The translations under genes and the position numbers were made by a program. From the NCBI GenBank assembly GCA_964247055.1, contig OZ176050.1, forward strand, positions 1,612,001 to 1,676,000: a stretch of 64,000 bases of DNA, read 5' to 3'. Positions 39,215 through 54,205 of the stretch are shown piece after piece (position 1 is the stretch's first letter; the number at the start of each line of letters is the position of its first letter). The notes under the pieces are model-generated. The model made no database searches. It worked only from the letters and a program-made list of their open reading frames with translations, and was not told the DNA's origin. This stretch comes from Paragordius varius. Its lineage: Eukaryota > Animalia > Nematomorpha.

Positions 39215-42200
39215 CATCAAAATATAGAGATAGTTTGACAAACTCTTTCATATCCGATTTTTACAACGATACTTTAAAAATTAATGTATTAAACTAGTCG
39301 CATCAATACTCAAGTTAAACTTTGTCCTTAAAAATCGGATATTGGTCACCGGTATTTTTTATACATTCTCTTAGTAAGACTACAGCAAAATATAGAGATA
39401 GTTTGACAAATTCTTTCATATCCGATTTTTACAACGATACTTTAAAAATTAATGTATTAAACTAGTCGCATCAATACTCAAGTTAAACTTTGTCCTTAAA
39501 AATGGGATATTGGTCACCGGTGAACAAAATTATTTTTTATACATTCTCTTAGTAAGACTACATCAAAATATAGAGATAGTTTGACAAACTCTTTCATATC
39601 CGATTTTTACAACGATACTTTAAAAATTAATGTATTAAACTAGTCGCATCAATACTCAAGTTAAACTTTGTCCTTAAAAATCGGATATTGGTCACCGGTG
39701 AACAAAATAATTTTTTATACATTCTCTTAGTAAGACTACAGCAAAATATAGAGATAGTTTGACAATTCTTTCATATCCGATTTTCACAACGATACTTTAA
39801 AAATTAATGTATAAAACTAGTCGCATCAATACTCAAGTTAAACTTTGTCCTTAAAAATCGGATATTGGTCACCGGTGAACAAAATTATTTTTTATACATT
39901 CTCTTAGCAAGACTACATCAAAATATAGAGATAGTTTGACAAACTCTTTCATATCCGATTTTTAGAGCGATACTTTAAAAATTATGGTATTAAACCAGTC
40001 GCATCAATACTCAATTTAAACTTTGTCCTTAAAAATCGGATATTGGTCACCGGTGAACAAAATTATTTTTTATACATTCTCTTAGTAAGACTACATCAAA
40101 ATATAAAGATAGTTTGACAAACTCTTTCATATCCGATTTTTACAACGATACTTTAAAAATTAATGTATAAAACTAGTCGCATCAATACTCAAGTTAAACT
40201 TTGTCGTTAAAAATCGAATATTGGTCACCGGTGAACAAAATTATTTTTTATACATTCTCTTAGTAAGACTACATCAAAATATAGAAATAGTTTGACAAAC
40301 TCTTTCATATCCGATTTTTACAACGATACTTTAAAAATTAATGTATAAAACTAGTCGTATCAATAAATCGCATCAATACTCAAGTTAAACTTTGTCCTTA
40401 AAAATCGGATATGGGTCACCGGTGAACAAAATTATTTTTTATACATTCTCTTAGTAGGACTACATCAAAATATAGAGATAGTTTGACAAACTCTTTCATA
40501 TCCGATTTTTAGAGCGATACTTTAAAAATTATGGTATTAAACCAGTCGCATCAATACTCAAGTTAAACTTTGTCCTTAAAAATCGGATATTGATCACCGG
40601 TGAACAAAATTATTTTTTATACATTCTCTTAGCAAGACTACATCAAAATATAGAGATAGTTTGACAAACTCTTTCGTATCCGATTTTTAGAGCGATACTT
40701 TAAAAATTATGGTATTAAACCAGTCGCATCAATACTCAAGTTAAACTTTGTCCTTAAAAATCGGATATTGGTCACCGGTGAACAAAATTATTTTTTATAC
40801 ATTCTCTTAGTAAGACTACATCAAAATATAGAGATAGTTTGACAAACTCTTTCATATCCGATTTTTACAACGATACTTTAAAAATTAATGTATTAAACTA
40901 GTCGCATCAATACTCAAGTTAAACTTTGTCCTTAAAAATCGGATATTGGTCACCGGTATTTTTTATACATTCTCTTAGTAAGACTACAGCAAAATATAGA
41001 GATAGTTTGACAAATTCTTTCATATCCGATTTTTACAACGATACTTTAAAAATTAATGTATTAAACTAGTCGCATCAATACTCAAGTTAAACTTTGTCCT
41101 TAAAAATGGGATATTGGTCACCGGTGAACAAAATTATTTTTTATACATTCTCTTAGTAAGACTACATCAAAATATAGAGATAGTTTGACAAACTCTTTCA
41201 TATCCGATTTTTACAACGATACTTTAAAAATTAATGTATTAAACTAGTCGCATCAATACTCAAGTTAAACTTTGTCCTTAAAAATCGGATATTGGTCACC
41301 GGTGAACAAAATAATTTTTTATACATTCTCTTAGTAAGACTACAGCAAAATATAGAGATAGTTTCACAATTCTTTCATATCCGATTTTCACAACGATACT
41401 TTAAAAATTAATGTATAAAACTAGTCGCATCAATACTCAAGTTAAACTTTGTCCTTAAAAATGGGATATTGGTCACCGGTGAACAAAATTATTTTTTATA
41501 CATTCTCTTAGCAAGACTACATCAAAATATAGAGATAGTTTGACAAACTCTTTCATATCCGATTTTTAGAGCGATACTTTAAAAATTATGGTATTAAACC
41601 AGTCGCATCAATACTCAATTTAAACTTTGTCCTTAAAAATCGGATATTGGTCACCGGTGAACAAAATTATTTTTTATACATTCTCTTAGTAAGACTACAT
41701 CAAAATATAAAGATAGTTTGACAAACTCTTTCATATCCGATTTTTACAACGATACTTTAAAAATTAATGTATAAAACTAGTCGCATCAATACTCAAGTTA
41801 AACTTTGTCGTTAAAAATCGAATATTGGTCACCGGTGAACAAAATTATTTTTTATACATTCTCTTAGTAAGACTACATCAAAATATAGAAATAGTTTGAC
41901 AAACTCTTTCATATCCGATTTTTACAACGATACTTTAAAAATTAATGTATAAAACTAGTCGTATCAATAAATCGCATCAATACTCAAGTTAAACTTTGTC
42001 CTTAAAAATCGGATATGGGTCACCGGTGAACAAAATTATTTTTTATACATTCTCTTAGTAGGACTACATCAAAATATAGAGATAGTTTGACAAACTCTTT
42101 CATATCCGATTTTTAGAGCGATACTTTAAAAATTATGGTATTAAACCAGTCGCATCAATACTCAAGTTAAACTTTGTCCTTAAAAATCGGATATTGATCA

Positions 42201-44027
42201 CCGGTGAACAAAATTATTTTTTATACATTCTCTTAGCAAGACTACATCAAAATATAGAGATAGTTTGACAAACTCTTTCGTATCCGATTTTTAGAGCGAT
42301 ACTTTAAAAATTATGGTATTAAACCAGTCGCATCAATACTCAAGTTAAACTTTGTCCTTAAAAATCGGATATTGGTCACCGGTGAACAAAATTATTTTTT
42401 ATACATTCTCTTAGTAAGACTACATCAAAATATAGAGATAGTTTGACAAACTCTTTCATATCCGATTTTTACAACGATACTTTAAAAATTAATGTATTAA
42501 ACTAGTCGCATCAATACTCAAGTTAAACTTTGTCCTTAAAAATCGGATATTGGTCACCGGTATTTTTTATACATTCTCTTAGTAAGACTACAGCAAAATA
42601 TAGAGATAGTTTGACAAATTCTTTCATATCCGATTTTTACAACGATACTTTAAAAATTAATGTATTAAACTAGTCGCATCAATACTCAAGTTAAACTTTG
42701 TCCTTAAAAATGGGATATTGGTCACCGGTGAACAAAATTATTTTTTATACATTCTCTTAGTAAGACTACATCAAAATATAGAGATAGTTTGACAAACTCT
42801 TTCATATCCGATTTTTACAACGATACTTTAAAAATTAATGTATTAAACTAGTCGCATCAATACTCAAGTTAAACTTTGTCCTTAAAAATCGGATATTGGT
42901 CACCGGTGAACAAAATAATTTTTTATACATTCTCTTAGTAAGACTACAGCAAAATATAGAGATAGTTTGACAAATTCTTTCATATCCGATTTTTACAACG
43001 ATACTTTAAAAATTAATGTATAAAACTAGTCGCATCAATACTCAAGTTAAACTTTGTCCTTAAAAATCGGATATTGGTCACCGGTGAACAAAATTATTTT
43101 TTATACATTCTCTTAGCAAGACTACATCAAAATATAGAGATAGTTTGACAAACTCTTTCATATCCGATTTTTAGAGCGATACTTTAAAAATTATGGTATT
43201 AAACCAGTCGCATCAATACTCAAGTTAAACTTTGTCCTTAAAAATCGGATATTGGTCACCGGTGAACAAAATTATTTTTTATACATTCTCTTAGTAAGAC
43301 TACATCAAAATATAGAGATAGTTTGACAAACTCTTTCATATCCGATTTTTACAACGATACTTTAAAAATTAATGTATAAAACTAGTCGCATCAATACTCA
43401 AGTTAAACTTTGTCGTTAAAAATCGAATATTGGTCACCGGTGAACAAAATTATTTTTTATACATTCTCTTAGTAAGACTACATCAAAATATAGAAATAGT
43501 TTGACAAACTCTTTCATATCCGATTTTTACAACGATACTTTAAAAATTAATGTATAAAACTAGTCGTATCAATAAATCGCATCAATACTCAAGTTAAACT
43601 TTGTCCTTAAAAATCGGATATGGGTCACCGGTGAACAAAATTATTTTTTATACATTCTCTTAGTAGGACTACATCAAAATATAGAGATAGTTTGACAAAC
43701 TCTTTCATATCCGATTTTTAGAGCGATACTTTAAAAATTATGGTATTAAACCAGTCGCATCAATACTCAAGTTAAACTTTGTCCTTAAAAATCGGATATT
43801 GATCACCGGTGAACAAAATTATTTTTTTTACATTCTCTTAGCAAGACTACATCAAAATATAGAGATAGTTTGACAAACTCTTTCATATCCGATTTTTAGA
43901 GCGATACTTTAAAAATTATGGTATTAAACCAGTCGCATCAATACTCAAGTTAAACTTTGTCCTTAAAAATCGGATATTGGTCACTGGTGAACAAAATTAT
44001 TTTTTATACATTCTCTTAGTAAGACTA
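39215..44027. repeat. 9-monomer, 1604-1605-bp HOR x3
   Basis: Unit starts are 39215, 40819 and 42423, ending at 44027. GGATATGGGT occurs at 40407, 42011 and 43616. The arithmetic 9x178+13-10=1605 matches. Confidence 0.93.
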
Positions 44028-45147
44028 CATCAAAATATAGAGATAGTTTGACAAACTCTTTCATATCCGATTTTTACAGCGATACTTTAAAAATTAATGT
44101 ATAAAACTAGTCGTATCAATAAATCGCATCAATACTCAAGTTAAACTTTGTCCTTAAAAATCGGATATTGGTCACCGGTGAACAAAATTATTTTTTATAC
44201 ATTCTCTTAGTAAGACTACATCAAAATATAGAGATAGTTTGACAAACTCTTTCATATCCGATTTTTACAACGATACTTTAAAAATTAATGTGTTAAACTA
44301 GTCGCATCAATACTCAAATTAAACTTTGTCCTTAAAAATCGTATATTGGTCACCGGTGAACAAAATTATTTTTTATATATTCTCTTAGCAAGACTACATC
44401 AAAATATAGAGATAGTTTGAAAAACTCTTTCATATCCGATTTTTACAACGATACTTTAAAAATTAATGTATAAAACTAGTCGTATCAATAAATCGCATCA
44501 ATACTCAAGTTAAACTTTGTCCTTAAAAATCGGATATTGGTCACTGGTGAACAAAATTATTTTTTATACATTCTCTTAGTAAGACTACATCAAAATATAG
44601 AGATAGTTTGACAAACTCTTTCATATCCGATTTTTACAGCGATACTTTAAAAATTAATGTATAAAACTAGTCGTATCAATAAATCGCATCAATACTCAAG
44701 TTAAACTTTGTCCTTAAAAATCGGATATTGGTCACCGGTGAACAAAATTATTTTTTATACATTCTCTTAGTAAGACTACATCAAAATATAGAGATAGTTT
44801 GACAAACTCTTTCATATCCGATTTTTACAACGATACTTTAAAAATTAATGTGTTAAACTAGTCGCATCAATACTTAAATTAAACTTTGTCCTTAAAAATC
44901 GTATATTGGTCACCGGTGAACAAAATTATTTTTTATATATTCTCTTAGCAAGACTACATCAAAATATAGAGATAGTTTGAAAAACTCTTTCATATCCGAT
45001 TTTTACAACGATACTTTAAAAATTAATGTATAAAACTAGTCGTATCAATAAATCGCATCAATACTCAAGTTAAACTTTGTCCTTAAAAATCGGATATTGG
45101 TCACCGGTGAACAAAATTATTTTTTATACATTCTCTTAGCAAGACTA
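44028..45147. repeat. Local 3-monomer (560-bp) tandem duplication
   Basis: The TTTTTACAGCGATAC marker occurs at ~44071 and ~44631. Unit starts are 44028 and 44588, and 191+178+191=560. Confidence 0.85.
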
Positions 45148-48100
45148 CATCAAAATATAGAGATATTTTGACAAACTCTTTCATATCCGATTTTTAGAGC
45201 GATACTTTAAAAATTATGGTATTAAACCAGTCGCATCAATAAAGTTAAACTTTGTCCTTAAAAATCGGATATTGGTCACTGGTGAACAAAATTATTTTTT
45301 ATACATTCTCTTTGTAAGACTACATCAAAATATAGAGATAGTTTGACAAACTCTTTCATATCCGATTTTTACAACGATATTTTAAAAATTAATGTATAAA
45401 ACTAGTCGCATCAATACTCAAGTTAAACTTTGTCGTTAAAAATCGAATATTGGTCACCGGTGAACAAAATTATTTTTTATACATTCTCTTAGTAAGACTA
45501 CATCAAAATATAGAAATAGTTTGACAAACTCTTTCATATCCGATTTTTACAACGATACTTTAAAAATTAATGTATTAAACTAGTCGCATCAATACTCAAA
45601 TTAAACTTTGTCCTTAAAAATCGGATATTGGTCACCGGTGAACAAAATTATTTTTTATATATCTTAGCAAGACTACATCAAAATATAGAGATAGTTTGAC
45701 AAACTCTTTCATATCCGATTTTTACAACGATACTTTAAAAATTAATGTATAAAACTAGTCGTATCAATAAATCGCATCAATACTCAAGTTAAACTTTGTC
45801 CTTAAAAATCGGATATTGGTCACCGGTGAACAAAATTATTTTTTATACATTCTCTTAGTAGGACTACATCAAAATATAGAGATAGTTTGGCAAACTCTTT
45901 CATATCCGATTTTTACAACGATACTTTAAAAATTAATGTATAAAACTAGTCGCATCAATACTCAAGTTAAACTTTGTCCTTAAAAATCGAATATTGGTCA
46001 CCGGTGAACAAAAATATTTTTTATACATTCTCTTAGTAAGACTACATCAAAATATAGAGATAGTTTGACAAACTCTTTCATATCCGATTTTTACAACGAT
46101 ACTTTAAAAATTAATGTATTAAACTAGTCGCATCAATACTCAAGTTAAACTTTGTCGTTAAAAATCGAATATTGGTCACCGGTGAACAAAATTATTTTTT
46201 ATACATTCTCTTAGTAAGACTACATCAAAATATAGAAATAGTTTGACAAACTCTTTCATATCCGATTTTTACAACGATACTTTAAAAATTAATGTATTAA
46301 ACTAGTCGCATCAATACTCAAATTAAACTTTGTCCTTAAAATTCGGATATTGGTCACCGGTGAACTAAATTATTTTTTATATATTCTCCCAGCAAGACTA
46401 CATCAAAATATAGAGATAGTTTGACAAACTCTTTCATATCCGATTTTTACAACGATACTTTAAAAATTAATGTATAAAACTAGTCGTATCAATAAATCGC
46501 ATCAATACTCAAGTTAAACTTTGTCCTTAAAAATCGGATATTGGTCACCGGTGAACAAAATTATTTTTTATACATTCTCTTAGTAACACTACATCAAAAT
46601 ATAGAGATAGTTTGACAAACTCTTTCTATCCGATTTTTACAACGATACTTTAAAAAATTAATGTGTTAAACTAGTCGCATCAATACTCAAATTAAACTTT
46701 GTCCTTAAAAATCGGATATTGGTCACCGGTGAACAAAATAATTTTTTATACATTCTCTTAGTAAGACTACATCAAAATATAGAGATAGTTTGACAAACTC
46801 TTTCATATCCGATTTTTACAACGATACTTTAAAAAATTAATGTGTTAAACTAGTCGCATCAATACTCAAATTAAACTTTGTCCTTAAAAATCGGATATTG
46901 GTCACCGGTGAACAAAATAATTTTTTATACATTCTCTTAGTAAGACTACATCAAAATATAGAGATAGTTTGACAAACTCTTTCATATCCGATTTTTACAA
47001 CGATACTTTAAAAATTATGGTATTAAACCAGTCGCATCAATACTCAAGTTAAACTTTGTCCTTAAAAATCGGATATTGGTCACCGCTGAACAAAATTATT
47101 TTTTATATATTCTCTTAGTAAGACTACATCAAAATATAGAGATAGTTTGACAAACTCTTTCATATCCGATTTTTACAACGATACTTTAAAAATTAATGCA
47201 TAAAACTAGTCGCATCAATATTCAAGTTAAACTTTGTCCTTAAAAATCGGATATTGGTCACCAGTAAACAAAATTATTTTTTATACATTCTCTTAGTAAG
47301 ACTACATCAAAATATAGAGATAGTTTGACAAACTCTTTCATATCCGATTTTTACAACGATACTTTAAAAATTAATGTATAAAACTAGTCGTATCAATAAA
47401 TCGCATCAATACTCAAGTTAAACTTTGTCCTTAAAAATCGGATATTGGTCACCGGTGAACAAAATGGTTTTTTATACATTTTCTTAGTAGGACAACATCA
47501 AAATATAGAGATAGTTTGGCAAACTCTTTCATATCCGATTTTTACAACGATACTTTAAAAATTAATGTATAAAACTAGTCGCATCAATACTCAAGTTAAA
47601 CTTTGTCCTTAAAAATCGGATATTGGTCACCGGTGAACAAAATTATTTTTTATACATTCTCTTAGTAGGACTACATCAAAATATAGAGATAGTTTGGCAA
47701 ACTCTTTCATATCCGATTTTTACAACGATACTTTAAAAATTAATATATAAAACTAGTCGCATCAATACTCAAGTTAAACTTTGTCCTTAAAAATCGGATA
47801 TTGGTCACCGGTGAACAAAATAATTTTTTATACATTCTCTTAGTAAGACTACATCAAAATATAGAGATAGTTTGACAAACTCTTTCATATCCGATTTTTA
47901 CAACGATACTTAAAAAATTAATGTTTAAAACTAGTCGTATCAATAAATCGCATCAATACTCAAGTTAAACTTTGTCCTTAAAAATCGGATATTGGTCACC
48001 AGTGAACAAAATTATTTATACATTCTCTTAGTAACACTACATCAAAATATAGAGATAGTTTGACAAACTCTTTCATATCCGATTTTTACAACGATACTTT

Positions 48101-51100
48101 AAAAAATTAATGTGTTAAACTAGTGGCATCAATACTCAAGTTAAACTTTGTTCTTAAAAATGGGATATTGGTCACCGGTGAACAAAATTATTTTTTATAC
48201 ATTCTCTTAGTAAGACTACAGCAAAATATAGAGATAGTATGACAAACTCCTCCATATCCGATTTTTACAACGATACTTTAAAAATTAATGTATTAAACTA
48301 GTCGCATCAATACTCAAGTTAAACTTTGTCCTTAAAAATGGGATATTGGTCACCGGTGAACAAAATAATTTTTTATACATTCTCTTAGCAAGACTACATC
48401 AAAATATAGAGATAGTTTGACAAACTCTTTCATATCCGATTTTTACAACGATACTTTATAAATTAATGTATAAAACTAGTCGTATCAATAAGTCGCATCA
48501 ATACTCAAGTTAAACTTTGTCCTTAAAAATCGGATATTGGTCACCGGTGAACAAAATTATTTTTTATACATTCTCTTAGTAGGACTACATAAAATATAGA
48601 TATAGTTTGGCAAACTCTTTCATATCCGATTTTTACAACGATACTTTAAAAATTAATATATAAAACTAGTCGCATCAATACTCAAGTTAAACTTTGTCCT
48701 TAAAAATCGAATATTGGTCACCGGTGAACAAAATTATTTTTTATACATTCTCTTAGTAAGACTACATCAAATAGAGATAGTTTGACAAACTCTTTCATAT
48801 CCGATTTTTACAACGATACTTTTAAAATTAATGTGTTAAACTAGTCGCATCAATACTCAAGTTAAACTTTGTCCTTAAAAATCGGATATTGGTCACCGGT
48901 GAACAAAATTACATTCTCTTAGTAAGACTACAGCAAAATATAGAGATAGTTTGACAAACTCTTTCATATCCGATTTTTACAACGATACTTTAAAAATTAA
49001 TGTATAAAACTAGTCGTATCAATAATCGCATCAATACTCAAGTTAAACTTTGTCCTTAAAAATCGGATATTGGTCACCGGTGAACAAAATTATTTTTTAT
49101 ACATTCTCTTAGCAAGACTACATCAAAATATAGAGATAGTTTGACAAACTCTTTCATATCCGATTTTTACAACGATACTTTATAAATTAATGTATAAAAC
49201 TAGTCGTATCAATAAGTCGCAAAATATTCAAGTTAAACCTTGTTCTTAAAAATCGGATATTGGTCACCGGTGAACAAAATAATTTTTTATACATTGTAAG
49301 ACTACATCAAAATATAGAGATAGTTTGACAAACTCCTTCATATCCGATTTTTACAACGATACTTTAAAAATTAATGTGTTAAACTAGTCGCATCATTACT
49401 CAAGTTAAACTTTGTCCTTAAAAATCGGATATTGGTCACCGGTGAACAAAATTATTTTTTATAGATTCTCTTAGTAAGACTACATCAAAATATAGAGATA
49501 GTTTGACAAACTCTTTCATATCCGATTTTTACAACGATACTTTAAAAATTAATGTATTAAACTAGTCGCATCAATACTCAAGTTGAACTTTGTCCTTAAA
49601 AATCGGATATTGGTCACCGGTGAACAAAATAATTTTTTATACATTCTCTTAGTAAGACTACATCAAAATATAGAGATAGTTTGACAAACTCTTTCATATC
49701 CGATTTTTACAGCGATACTTTAAAAATTAATGTATAAAACTAGTCGTATCAATAAATCGCATCAATACTCAAGTTAAACTTTGTCCTTAAAAATCGGATA
49801 TTGGTCACCGGTGAACAAAATTATTTTTTATACATTCTCTTAGTAAGACTACATCAAAATATAGAGATAGTTTGACAAACTCTTTCATATCCGATTTTTA
49901 CAACGATACTTTAAAAATTAATGTGTTATACTAGTCGCATCAATACTCAAGTTAAACTTTGTCCTTAAAAATCGGATATTGGTCACCGGTGAACAAAATT
50001 ATTTTTTATACATTCTCTTAGCAAGACTACATAAAAATATAGAGATAGTTTGACAAACTCTTTCATATCCGATTTTTACAACGATACTTTATAAATTAAT
50101 GTATAAAACTAGTCGTATCAATAAGTCGCAAAATATTCAAGTTAAACCTTGTTCTTAAAAATCGGATATTGGTCACCGGTGAACAAAATAATTTTTTATA
50201 CATTGTAAGACTACATCAAAATGTAGAGATAGTTTGACAAACTCTTTCATATCCGATTTTTACAACGATACTTTAAAAATTATGGTATTAAACCAGTCGC
50301 ATCAATACTCAAGTTAAACTTTGTCCTTAAAAATCGTATATTGGTCACCGGTGAACAAAATTATTTTTTATATATTCTCTTACCAACACTACATCAAAAT
50401 ATAGAGATAGTTTGAAAGACTCTTTCATATCCGATTTTTATAACGATACTTTAAAAAATATAGTATAAAACTAGTCGTATCAATAAATCGCATCAATACT
50501 CAAGTTAAACTTTGTCCTTAAAAATCGGATATTGGTCACCGGTGAACAAAATTATTTTTTATACATTCTCTTAGTAGGACTACATCAAAATATAGAGATA
50601 GTTTGGCAAACTCTTTCATATCCGATTTTTACAACGATACTTTAAAAATTAATGCATAAAACTAGTCGCATCAATATTCAAGTTAAACTTTGTCCTTAAA
50701 AATCGAATATTGGTCACCGGTGAACAAAATTATTTTTTATACATTCTCTTAGTAAGACTACATCAAAATATAGAGATAGTTTGACAAACTCCTTCATATC
50801 CGATTTTTAAAACGATACTTCAAAAATTAATGTGTTAAACTAGACGCATCAATACTCGAGTTATAAACTTTGTCCTTAAAAATCGGATATTGGTCACCGG
50901 TGAACAAAATTATTTTTTATACATTCTCTTAGTAAGACTACATCAAAATATAGAGATAGTTTGACAAACTCTTTCATATCCGATTTTTACAACGATACTT
51001 TAAAAATCATGTATTAAACTAGTCGCATCAATACTCAAGTTAAACTTTGTCCTTAAAAATCGGATTTTGGTCACCGGTGAACAAAATTATTTTTCATACA

Positions 51101-54100
51101 TTCTCTTAGCAAGACTACATCAAAATATAGAGATAGTTTGACAAACTCTTTCATATCCGATTTTTACAACGATAATTTATAAATTAATGTATAAAACTAG
51201 TCGTATCAATAAGTCGCATCAATACTCAAGTTAAACTTTGTCCTTAAAAATCGGATATTGGTCACCGGTGAACAAAATTATTTTTTATACATTCTCTTAG
51301 TAAGACTACATCAAAATATAGAGATAGTTTGACAAACTCTTTCATATCCGATTTTTACAACGATACTTTAAAAATTAATGTATTAAACTAGTTGCATCAA
51401 TACTCAAGTTAAACTTTGTCCTTAAAAATCGGATATTGTCACCGGTGAACAAAATTATTTTTTATACATTCTCTTAGCAAGACTACATCAAAATATAGAG
51501 ATAGTTTGACAAACTCTTTCATATCCGATTTTTACAACGATAATTTATAAATTAATGTATAAAACTAGTCGTATCAATAAGTCGCATCAATACTCAAGTT
51601 AAACTTTGTCCTTAAAAATCGGATATTGGTCACCGGTGAACAAAATTATTTTTTATACATTCTCTTAGTAGGACTACATCAAAATATAGAGATAGTTTGG
51701 CAAACTCTTTCATATCCGATTTTTACAACGATACTTTAAAAATTAATATATAAAACTAGTCGCATCAATACTCAAGTTAAACTTTGTCCTTAAAAATCGG
51801 ATATTGGTCACCGGTGAACAAAATTATTTTTTATACATTCTCTTAGTAAGACTACATTAAAATATAGAGATAGTTTGACAAACTCTTTCATATCCGATTT
51901 TTACAACGATACTTTAAAAATTAATGTATTAAACTAGTCGCATCAATACTCAAGTTGAACTTTGTCCTTAAAAATCGGATATTGGTCACCGGTGAACAAA
52001 ATAATTTTTTATACATTCTCTTAGTAAGACTACATCAAAATATAAAGATAGTTTGACAAACTCTTTCATATCCGATTTTTACAACGATACTTTAAAAATT
52101 AATGTATAAAACTAGTCGTATCAATAAATCGCATCAATACTCAAGTTAAACTTTGTCCTTAAAAATCGGATATTGGTCACCGGTGAACAAAATTATTTTT
52201 ACATTCTCTTAGTAAGACTACATCAAAATATAGAGATAGTTTGACAAACTCTTTCATATCCGATTTTAAAACGATACTTTAAAAATTAATGTATTAAACT
52301 AGTCGCATCAATACTCAAGTTAAACTTTGTCCTTAAAAATCGGATATTGGTCACCGGTCAACAAAATTATTTTTTATACATTCTCTTAGCAAGACTACAT
52401 CAAAATATAGAGATAGTTTGACAAACTCTTTCATATCCGATTTTTACAACGATACTTTAAAAATTAATGTATTAAACTAGTCGCATCAATACTCAAGTTA
52501 AACTTTGTCCTTAAAAATGGGATATTGGTCACCGGTGAACAAAATTATTTTTTATACATTCTCTTAGTAAGACTACAGCAAAATATAGAGATAGTTTGAC
52601 AAACTCTTTCATATCCGATTTTTACAACGATAGTTTATAAATTAATGTATTAAACTAGTCGCATCAATACTCAAGTTAAACTTTGTCCTTAAAAATGGGA
52701 TATTGGTCACCGGTGAACAAAATTAATTTTTATACATTCTCTTAGCAAGACTACATCAAAATATAGAGATAGTTTGACAAACTCTTTCATATCCGATTTT
52801 TACAACGATACTTTATAAATTAATGTATAAAACTAGTCGTATCAATAAGTCGCATCAATACTCAAGTTAAACTTTGTCCTTAAAAATCGGATATTGGTCA
52901 CCGGTGAACAAAATTATTTTTTATACATTCTCTTAGTAGGACTACATCAAAATATAGAGATAGTTTGGCAAACTCTTTCATATCCGATTTTAACAACGAT
53001 ACTTTAAAAATTAATATATAAAACTAGTCGCATCAATACTCAAGTTAAACTTTGTCCTTAAAAATCGAATATTGGTCACCGGTGTTTTTATACATTCTCT
53101 TAGCAAGACTACATCAAAATATAGAGATAGTTTGACAAACTCTTTCATATCCGATTTTTACAACGATACTTTAAAAATTAATGTATTAAACTAGTCGCAT
53201 CAATACTCAAGTTAAACTTTGTCCTTAAAAATGGGATATTGGTCACCGGTGAACAAAATTATTTTTTATACATTCTCTTAGTAAGACTACAGCAAAATAT
53301 AGAGATAGTTTGACAAACTCTTTCATATCCGATTTTTACAACGATAGTTTAAAAATTAATGTTTTAAACTAGTCGCATCAATACTCAAGTTAAACTTTGT
53401 CCTTAAAAATGGGATATTGGTCACCGGTGAAAAAAATAATTTTTTATACATTCTCTTAGTAAGACTACAGCAAAATATAGAGATAGTACAAACTCTTTCA
53501 TATCCGATTACAACGATACTTTAAAAATTAATGTATAAAACTAGTCGTATCAATAAATCGCATCATTACTCAAGTTAAACTTTGTCCTTAAAAATCGGAT
53601 ATTGGTCACCGGTGAACAAAATTATTTTTTATACATTCTCTTAGCAAGACTACATAAAAATATAGAGATAGTTTGACAAACTCTTTCATATCCGATTTTT
53701 ACAACGATACTTTATAAATTAATGTATAAAACTAGTCGTATCAATAAGTCGCAAAATATTCAAGTTAAACCTTGTTCTTAAAAATCGGATATTGGTCACC
53801 GGTGAATAAAATAATTTTTTATACATTGTAAGACTACATCAAAATATAGAGATAGTTTGACAAACTCTTTCATATCCGATTTTTACAACGATACTTTAAA
53901 AATTATGGTATTTAACCAGTCGCATCAATACTCAAGTTAAACTTTGTCCTTAAAAATCGTATATTGGTCACCGGTGAACAAAATTATTTTTTATATATTC
54001 TCTTAGCAAGACTACATCAAATTATAGAGATAGTTTGAAAGACTCTTTCATATCCGATTTTTACAACGATACTTTAAAAAATAATGTATAAAACTAGTCG

Positions 54101-54205
54101 TATCAATAAATCGCATCAATACTCAACTTAAACTTTGTCCTTAAAAATCGGATATTGGTCACCGGTGAACAAAATTATTTTTTATACATTCTCTTAGTAC
54201 AACTA

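Larger units (their letters stand above)
19008..46769. repeat. Two-copy super-repeat X-(HOR)n-Y: 19008-36347 (17,340 bp) and 36348-46769 (10,422 bp)
   Basis: X-block private variants (CTCTTGGTAAG, GCATCCATAC, AAACTATTTC) are offset by 17,341 bp. Y-block private variants (GAGATATTTTG, CATCAATAAAG, TTCTCCCAGC, TAACACTAC) are offset by 10,423-10,426 bp. Confidence 0.82.
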
